A DNA stretch of 63,268 nt, the filler included, from Conidiobolus incongruus B7586 (taxonomy: Eukaryota), in the NCBI GenBank assembly GCA_000697335.1. It is 6 parts of 6 records of this genome, joined end to end, with 100 filler letters (N's around TTAATTAATTAA, not from the genome) between each part and the next. Parts side by side here need not be neighbours in the genome. Positions count along the whole stretch, not along the records: positions 52,642 to 58,772 come from JNEM01006398.1; positions 58,873 to 63,268 come from JNEM01006405.1; 4 more parts are not named here. The stretch is one strand, 5' to 3'. Positions 53,881-63,268 of the stretch are shown one piece after another (the stretch's first letter is position 1; every line of letters begins with the position of its first letter). The notes below the pieces were generated by a model, which saw only the letters and a list, made by a program, of their open reading frames with translations, did not search any database and was not told the origin of the DNA. The position numbers and the translations under genes were made by a program.

Positions 53881-56690
53881 AAAACAATTACTAAGTTAAA
53901 ACACTCTTTAATAAGTATAATATTAGTAAAGCCAATATAATATAAAGGAAGACTTAATTTAATATCCATATGATAAGTTAATATATCAGTAAATAAAGTT
54001 TATTTAATTTTTGTAAATAATGGGTCAATATAGATAAATTTAATTTTATATTAGATAATTTCAAAATAATAAAATATTGATAAATATAGTTATAATCTTA
54101 AGAATAATAATAAAAATTAAAAAATATTAAAGAAAAGAAACTCTGATTTTTAGTTAAATTAATATTATTTATATAATTAAATTATATTTTATATAATTAT
54201 AATTATTTTAGGTAAATAAAAAATATACTTACATAAAAGAAAATTCTTGAAAATATATTTAAATGATTTTTTGAAATATCAAATTTTAGTTTTAAATGGA
54301 ACTATATTAAAGTAACAAATGATTACCCAAAATATAATCAAAAGTTATTAATAATAAAAAAGAGTTTTAATATTATATTATATATTATATATTAATATTT
54401 CTATATCATATTTTAAATATTATATTTAATTTTGATTTTAGAATTTTATTATTATTAGAATTAATCAAATGATATTAAAATATAATAAAATTCATTTTGC
54501 AATATCAAATCATAATAATTTATTTTTGATTTTAATTTATTTTATACTTTAGCATATATAATGTTATAAAATGAATTATGATTAATGTTAAAGTATTCAA
54601 ATTAGACGCTAATAGTATATTGTTGGTTTAACTCTTGCTATTATTAGATCTTATTATTATCAATATTCATTATCATTTTTATGCTTTCATATCTCTTATT
54701 GAAAATAATAATTAAAAATTTGAATCTTATTTGAATGTTATTTCTAATTCTTTGATCAGTTTTAAAGCCAATTTACAGGTTTATTTAATGATTTCATTTC
54801 AACTGTTTTTTAATTAATATTATATCTTTTCAGATGATGTCTTAATTTGGATTTTTTTAACTTGACAAATAATTTGATCGATATTTTATTTTGATCTGAT
54901 CGTCACGATAATATATTACAACTAAAGTCTAGAATTGATGTATCAATGTATCAAAAGTTACATATATTAGCAAAATATAAGTTGGTACTAGAATAATCTA
55001 TTTATATATACTGATGTTTTAATATTCTTCAACTTAATATATTCAAAATTTTGATACAATTAAGATATCTATCAAATATATTATTGAAATATCAAGAAAT
55101 TTGAAGTTTTAATTATTAATAGCTGAACTTATTTCAGTATATATAAATTATATTTTATAACTATAGAAAATAAGAGTCCAGGATTAATGAATATTAAATT
55201 AATATTTTTTTTATTTATTTTTATATATTAATGACTTAATTTGACATACAATTATAATTCATTATTATTAGTAGTAGACTTTTACATCATATTCACCCAA
55301 CTCTAACATTAATTATAATATTTATAATAATTTAATAATACTGTTTATTCGTAATTTTATTTGAGAATACATGTAATAAAACTAAAGCATATGATAATTT
55401 TCTAATATTGAATTATTAATAATTTCATAATTTTGTACCATCCAGTTCTAGTATTAATTAAAAATATATTAAAATTAAAAGATATTTTATCAGTTGATAT
55501 TTAAAAATTTATTATAGAATTAAACTCAATTATACATTCAAATAAATATATTCTTATAGCAGTATTGTTTTGTATATTATTCAATAGATCGTTATATAAA
55601 TTCTGAATCAACAATTATTGAATAATGATAATACAATAGTGTCCGAGCATCATTGATAAATCATTTAATTGATTTTATTATCAATAAAATTAGAATAGTA
55701 TTATTCAAGTACTATAGTTCTAGTTTGATAATTATTAATCTTTCTAGAAAGTTATTCATTATTATAGGTTTTTAGAATGTATGTTTAGTCGCCTCATTTA
55801 CAAAAAATGATATTTGCTATTTCATTATTACATCTACCAATTTAATTACTAACCAATTTCTATTGATATATTGCTGAATTGAGCTTAATACTATATTTAT
55901 CTTGGATTGTATACAGTATCCGTGACTGATGATTCTTTTGTATGTTTATATTTTTGCTTCAAATTAATTTCCTGTTATAAAATGAATAATAATGTTCTAG
56001 AAAGATTAGTACATATTTTTCAGATATTAAATAATAATGAAATCATGAATAATTTTGCATTTTAATGCAGATATTTTTAAATAATAAGGTCATTTGATGT
56101 GATATTAATTACAGCATTTAACCACCTTTTCAGTTCATTAAAGGAAGCTATTTGGAACCTATTAAATGTTTTTGTATGTGCTGATTAAATAAATTCAATA
56201 ATATACAAAATCGTACAACAATCAAGGATTGATTCAAGTTATGATATATCTCTTATAAGCTTAATACTAATTAATAAAAGTGTTGCTAAATAATTTAAAT
56301 ATTAATATGAAAAGATATAGTCTCTTATTACTATTCATGGTGTTAAACAGTATTTATCAGTAAGAATTATATGAATTGATTAAATGATATATTATACTGT
56401 ATGATGAATGAAAAATATGTAATAAATATTCAATATTGAAACAATTATTTTAATCAAGTACTTTTCCATATTTTTTTTTCAAATTCATCAAAATCTATTT
56501 TTAACAATTTAAATTTAGACATAATCACCCAAATTTGTGGTCAAGTACTGTGAAATTTCAATTAGAGGATTGAATGATTTCATTTTTTATTGTGAGAAAT
56601 GAATTTGAAAAGATATAAAACCTAATCTAGTATGTTTAATTTCGATATATCATAGTTTAATATTTTAATAATTTATTAATATCTAATATA

Positions 56691-57380
56691 ATGATGCGCA
56701 CTATCCTATTATTTGCTTTATATATCTTGGGTGTAAACAGCTTAAGAAGTGGGACTGGTAATGCTTCCTATGATATCAATCCTGATGAAGGCAAGGGTAA
56801 ATGTACTTACCCAGCTGGTACCTATCCCCTTTACACCTCAGTTGGTCCTTCTGTCTTTGGCGACTCAACCGTATGTGGTATGTGTATCAAAGTAACTAAT
56901 ACTAAGACCCAACAATCTACTGTGGTTCATGTGGTTGATCAATGCTTGAACTGTGGACCTGGAGATCTTAACATGAATTTGAATTCATTCCGTCTTATTG
57001 GTAATCCTGATGATGGTAGAGTTCCTATCACATGGGAAGAAGTTCGTTGTACCGATACTACCGGAAACTTGTCTTATAATTGGGAACAAGGAAGTAATCA
57101 ATGGTATGCAGTCGTCCAAATCAGAAATAATCCTCAACCCATCAAGAGCTTTGAAATCTTCGTCAATAACCAATGGGTTGCTCAAACTCGTAGAAGTGAT
57201 AACCAATTCATTGTCAGAGGAGTTGGTAGCAGATCTTATAGAACTAGGACCACTGATGAAGATGGTAAATCTGTTAAGGATAGCTCTGTTCTCATTTTGG
57301 AACAAGGTGCAAATGTAGTTTACAGCCCAAATATCAAGTTGATTTCATTAAATTTGATACACATATATTTTGTGTATTGA
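56691..57380 (+). CDS. Secreted expansin-like protein with 15-aa C-terminal extension from a lost stop codon
   Basis: Signal peptide plus D1 and D2 motifs. Paralogs stop after ...GNI; here ATC AAG continues. Confidence 0.85.
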   Translation: MMRTILLFALYILGVNSLRSGTGNASYDINPDEGKGKCTYPAGTYPLYTSVGPSVFGDSTVCGMCIKVTNTKTQQSTVVHVVDQCLNCGPGDLNMNLNSFRLIGNPDDGRVPITWEEVRCTDTTGNLSYNWEQGSNQWYAVVQIRNNPQPIKSFEIFVNNQWVAQTRRSDNQFIVRGVGSRSYRTRTTDEDGKSVKDSSVLILEQGANVVYSPNIKLISLNLIHIYFVY

Positions 57381-58309
57381 AGATATCGATTTACTGCAAA
57401 GAATATATTAATATTTACTAGAGTATTTTATGTAAATCCCAGGAATTAATTTTATTCTTTTTATAATTTTTATTTTAAATGGAGAACAGGTTAAGAATTT
57501 GTATCTTTTTTCATATCCAAACCAAGAAACTTTTTAATTAAAACTAATAAATAAATAAATACTAAATACTTTTAATCTACTTTAATATCATATTAAGCAT
57601 CTAATTCAGTTTCTTGAAATGATAGAAAATTTATCTATTATTTATTAAAATAAAGAGCTTTTAAAATTTTTAAATATCACATTTATCAGGGCCATCTAAC
57701 ATAATAATGCACTTTTGCAATTCCCTATCAAATAAATTAGCATTTTTGTGGTTTAGACTTCAATAGGCCAATATTTGCTATTTAATATTAAAACAATAGT
57801 AAAATTGAGTCAAATTTTGATTAAAACTTAACTAATGAAAAGATAAAATAGTTCTGAATATTACATCATTTGAATGTGAAAAAATTCAAAAATACAATAA
57901 AAATCGTAATAAAAAGATATTATAGAAATAATTACATCCAATTCAAATATAAAAATTCTAATATAAAATAATCAATGTACTATTAGCTGATAACATAGAT
58001 TTTACTTCTTATCTTAAAATATAATATTATCGTCAAGTTATCACAAATATACAATGAATATATGTCCAAAATATAATTCTGGAAAAGTGAAAACTATATA
58101 GTTAATATTAGTGTTATCAAATTTAAAATCATTTGTACTATAATTAAAATTTGATTATCATATGATAATATTATAAATGAAAAGGAAATAAGATTTAATA
58201 TTTGGATAGCTTTGACAACAAAGCTAAAATTGAAATTAAATAATCATAATATTTATTGAATATTAGATTACAGATATTATAATAATTGGGCAATACTAAT
58301 AAAATACAT

Positions 58310-58772
58310 TTAGAGTTGGCCACTACTGGAGACATTACCACCATCTGCTAGGACCTTGACAGATTCATCTTGTACAACTTTGCCATCCATACCAGTGATT
58401 CGAATGTTAGCTGGATTAGTTGCTCCATTAATAATCCAAATGTTATTGTTGTTTCTAGAAGCTGGTTTCCATTGTCCATTGACATTGATTTCAATACTCT
58501 TAATAGCTTGAGCTGAGTTTAAGATTTGTAAACCAGCCCACCATTCGTTACTTCCAGCTTGCCAGCGATATTGGAGATTTCCATTAATGTTAGGACATCT
58601 GACTTGCTTCCAAGTGATAGGGACATTTCCTGATGCAGGATCACCAATTAATTGGAAAGCATTGGCATTGATATTAAGATCACTTGCTCCACATCCACTA
58701 CAAATATCAGCTACATTGACAATGACTGATTTGTTGTTATCAGTGTTAGTGACTTCGAGACAAGCTCCACAC
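58310..58772 (-). CDS. Expansin-like protein, 5' end hidden in gap
   Basis: Minus-strand frame CGACLEVTNTDNNKSVIVNVADICSGCGASDLNINANAFQLIGDPASGNVPITWKQVRC...GSNEWWAGLQILN...GGNVSSSGQL*. Confidence 0.88.
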
Positions 58773-58872
58773 NNNNNNNNNNNNNNNNNNNNNNNNNNNN
58801 NNNNNNNNNNNNNNNNTTAATTAATTAANNNNNNNNNNNNNNNNNNNNNNNNNNNNNNNNNNNNNNNNNNNN
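58773..58872. other. Scaffold gap with spacer
   Basis: N run with TTAATTAATTAA. Confidence 0.95.
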
Positions 58873-60238
58873 TAATAAAAATATTTAAAAATCTTTATTA
58901 ATATTTGATTTTTATAAATATTTAATCAATTATACAGATTTTTTGAGTTTTAAAAATAATAACATCATTTGTATATATTTTAAGATTATATATATTAAAT
59001 ATATTGTTATTTAATATTAATTTAAAATATGATATATATATATATATTTACAAGGTGATTATATATTATAAATTTGAATAATTCATTTTATAGTAATATT
59101 GAATAAATAAAAATTTTTATATATTATATAATATTATAATATGCATATTTAATTTCTAAATAAAAAATTTATATTATATAATTCTTATTGAATATTTAAC
59201 AAAAATTGCTCTCTATTATTGCTTCTATCTGATAATAAATTCCATAAATATAACTTGTTTTTAAAATATAAATTTACTTGTATAATGATTTTTAAGAATA
59301 TAATGTGTGAATAAATTATTATTTCAAAACTTGGTCCGAAAAATAAATTTCCTAATCTAGTAAAAAATATATTTTAGGTTGCCAATTTATATAAAAAAAT
59401 TGTACATTATTTTGAAAAATCAAAGTTGATACCTTAGTCTTGCATTTAATTGAGAATTCCAAAGTATTAGAAACTTTTGTTACAATTTGATATTTTATTA
59501 AATTTGGTAATTATTTTGTTAAATTATTCAATAATCTTAAAATGGTAAAAATTCCAAATTTCGTGATCAGTTGAATAGCCCACAAAACTTATTGAATGAG
59601 TAGTTATTGGGTATTATAAATAATATTAAGTACTAAGAGAGTTCTTTTTTCATACTTTAATAATAATTAATGGAATATTGTATTAATGACTTATTTGAAT
59701 TATGTCTTAGTTTAAAAAATCTTTTAAAAAGTAGTTCACCAAATTTTTCATCATCTTGTTAATCTAGTTTATACAAAATCTAATATTATTTACTCATTAT
59801 TCCTGAAAAATAATATTGAAATAATTCATCGATTGATTCTTATTTATATATAATGGTTTTATATATTATAACATTATAATACTAAATATCTATAGAGTAT
59901 GAAAAATTTTCATTTTACCAATCATATATGATTCGGAGTAATTTAATCAAAATGAATGGGGTTTAAAAAGATTATTAATCAATTTTCATGATATATAACT
60001 GTATCAAGCAAAGTTGAAAAATGGAATTTTTGATTAATATTTATTATATTATACAATTTAAATTCCTTATCGTACCAACATATTACACTATTCAACATTA
60101 CTTATTCCTTGATATTCAAATAATACTCAATACAAGAATTCAACAGTATTATATGTACAATGTAATTATAACGGTTCTATTTAAAAACCATTGAATAATA
60201 AATAATTAATATTGAACTGAATTTACTGAGTTAACATA

Positions 60239-61094
60239 TTAAGAATTGATATTGATTTTTAAAAAGAATATTTTGAAGAAAAGTACCTTTTTCAGAACTA
60301 AGTTAATCTCAAGAATAGTATTGCTTATATCAATTAAATCGTACTTAAAGACAGTTCTTAATATACTATCATTATTTACTATGATATTAATTATAAGTTT
60401 TGGGAAATTTAGAAATATTGATATATCAATATATTCATAAAACTCTATATTATGGGTAGAATTTTTATCCTTAAATTCAATCAATTAGGTTTTGCTTTAA
60501 AGCATAACTTTATCAAAGATATAAAAGAATAATAAATTTTTTATCATATCTTAGATATAATTGGATTAAAGGATATAGCGATATAGAATGTGATAGAGAA
60601 TCTGAAATTTCAATATCCTATCAACGACTAATTTAAATTTCAAATTTTCGGCTCTCAAAGAAACATACCAGTTTAATCTCAACAAATTATTATCAAGATT
60701 ATCTAATTCAAAAATAAACCAAAATTTCTGTTACAATAAAAGAAGTATGATACGCTGCTCCATTTGTAAGGAAGGGTTACCAAGATCTATATTGGCAATT
60801 ATTTTAACTTTAATTAAATAAATTAACTAAACCTTACAAGTGCTGGATCCAATAATGAATGGATAGCCAATTTTTCTTCACTTTCCTATTAGTTTATTTA
60901 AATGCTTCTGGAATAAATACGTCAGGATCTGCTGGTATATCAAGGTTGTGATGATTAACCCTGAGATAGCAAGTAATAGATATCCTCTCTAGAATTTTAA
61001 TGGCGTTTGATAGTATCAAGTCTTCCGCTGAAACAAAATGAATTTTCTTAACAGTTGTTATGTTTCTGATCAATTCTTCGAAAGCCATATTCAA
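60239..61094 (-). pseudogene. Possible degraded multi-exon gene of unknown function
   Basis: Coding-like minus-strand segments with a GTAAGG...ATAG intron (about 60788-60836) but in-frame TAA codons; no family recognised. Confidence 0.3.
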
Positions 61095-61706
61095 TTAACA
61101 CACTAATATCAATTAATTTATCATTCGCATTTTGAGTGCAGTTAAAAATTATTCATTTCTTTCTCGATATTTTGTTAATTCACAAATTTCCTTTGATTAT
61201 AGTATTTGATTAACGCATTCAAGATATTTTGCCAAATAACAAAATTCAAAGGTTATTGTGCTGTTCAGATTACTTTGACCAATTATTATATACTTTTGAA
61301 ATTATCTTATATATTTTTAATCTTTAAATTTAAATTAATTGGCCATTATAAATTAAAATCTTTTATAAGATATTATTTAAATGAAATTTCAATTTATAAT
61401 TCATAATTTCATAATATTTATACCTATATCATATTCTCATTGATTTATTAAAGTTATTAATTTAATTCTTACCTAATTTCAGTACTATTCAATAGTTAAT
61501 GCTTAATTTGTAAATAAGCTAAAATATATAGCATATGGTAATTATCATCTAAACTAAAATTTACCATATTTAACCTAAAATTGAAATTATTTTACTTCAA
61601 TTATAATATTAGTAAAATAATGTATTAATATAATCAAGTTATTTAATAATATCAGCTTAAATTTTACTAAGTTAAGTTTATTATTAATACTATTCTATTA
61701 TTAATA

Positions 61707-63268
61707 CACTAACCTGCAAAAGTGAGTTATAAAATCAAAAATATATATATTTTAATTAATAACTAAAATAGTTATATATATTAAATTACTTGAAACTATA
61801 ATATATAATTAAGATATATTATTTGATAATAAATAAATATATTTAGATATATTTAATAAACTATTAGTGAAAATATTAACCTTTAATATTTAATTAAGAT
61901 AAGTTATAAATTTACAAGTTTTTGAGATAAAAGGATATATTTAATAATATATAACCATATCTTTTTTCTCTCTTTGTTATTATTTTATATAATATTTTAC
62001 AGATATATTAAATTTTTTTATTAGTATTATTATACTTAAATCCCTCTTTAAGAAGATTTACTTGTATATTAATTAACTTTATAAAAAAGATAAATCAACT
62101 TATAATATTACTAGAATTACTAGTGTTAATTAATCTACTATAGTTAAAACTATTAAGAATAATAATAAAAACACATTTAAACTTAAATTTAAATGTATTA
62201 AAATTATAGATAAATATAATAAAAGTATATTTATAAGTTAATTAATATAGATAAGTGTGGTATTATTATAAAAATATAGCAGGAATTATAAAATTATACA
62301 AAAATATTAATTAGCACTAATATTATTATATGTGTTTTATACTAGCATAGATACTATTTATACTTTAAGAAAAAACACCCCTAATTAAAAAAATCCCACT
62401 ATAAAATTAAGCAAAAGTTTAAATGTCATTACTAATATTAAACTAAAACTAATTAAAGTAAAGCTATTTAGTTTAATAAAACAAAAATATATTTTAATAA
62501 ATTTAATAAAAAAGCTAAATATTTTAAAAAAGATATAAAACTACTTTATAACTATTATATTAATTTTACTTAAAAATACAATAATAGGTTAATTATTATT
62601 TAAGGATATATATTATTTTTAAATATAAGATATCTTTATAAAATTAATAAGGGAATTAATATTAAGATATATTAAAGTATTCTAAATAATAAATTGAAAA
62701 AAAATTATTAAATAATATAAGTTAAACAAATTTAATATTATTTTTTAATAAGATAATACTTTTTATTATATTATAGCTTTTATTACCAAATAGCTTAAAA
62801 ATAACAAAATAATAGTTATAAAATAGCTTCTTTAATTTTTTAACTTTAAGCTAATTAAATACTTTTAAGGTTAGTTAAAAAAAGTTATTAAAGCTTTCCC
62901 CCTAATAAAAAATTTAAATTAGTTTTAAAAATATATTTAAGAAATATAAAATAAGATTAACCCTTCTTAATATAAAAAGTTAATTAATTTTATACCTTAT
63001 AAACTTAAAGAAATTAGAAAAGTTAAAGGTAGATATACTAAGTTTTAATTTTTTTTATCATTAAAAACTTACAAATTTATAATTTATCTTAGGTAAAATT
63101 TAAAGGTTTATATTTTAACCAATTAATAACTAAATATCATTATTTAATAATATATATAATTAATAAATATAACAGATTTTAATTATTTAATTTAAGTTTA
63201 TTTTATTAAACATTAATTAAGTTATTAGTAAAAATATAAGTGTTTTTGATTTTATAACTTATTTTTAT
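61707..63268 (+). mobile_element. Tc1-family (DD34E) DNA transposon, hypermutated, with about 225-bp TIRs; right end runs off the window
   Basis: TA then CACTAACCTGCAAAAGTGAG left end; 61716-61932 matches the reverse complement of 63051-63268. Transposase relic 62032-63048 with *FNK (WSDE), KYNNRLIII*GY (KYGGGS.IIWGC), F**DNTFYY (FQQDNAPCH), *LL*FFNFKLIK (WPPQSPDF.PIE; 34 residues between D and E) and KGRYTKF*. Confidence 0.88.

Overview
Very AT-rich eukaryotic DNA from a fungus with many short (about 45-60 nt) GT-AG introns. The gene set (metazoan-type Med27, Fe-S-type Rpc34) suggests an early-diverging, non-Dikarya lineage such as a Conidiobolus-like Zoopagomycota; this is inference. Five 100-nt scaffold gaps each carry an artificial TTAATTAATTAA spacer. 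The left two-thirds hold single-copy housekeeping genes (DCD1, MED27, C1-THF synthase, RPC34, ATP16, a DUF2415 WD40 gene, DGAT2, MSH6, NAA50, HAS1), a GDSL-lipase pseudogene and two intact solo LTRs. The right third is accessory: a full chromovirus Ty3/gypsy relic, six intronless bacterial-type expansin-like (EXLX) genes and pseudogenes, mariner relics and a near-complete Tc1 element. Main observations: (1) long transposon copies of both classes are saturated with C>T/G>A transitions with few indels, while 333-335 bp solo LTRs are spared, a RIP-like signature; (2) an orientation-specific ATCCCATAA element sits 75-200 bp upstream of six housekeeping genes; (3) the MSH6 N-terminus has two SMARCAL1/TIPIN-type RPA32-binding motifs plus MIP-like and PIP boxes; (4) every expansin copy has Asn in place of the Asp82-equivalent residue.
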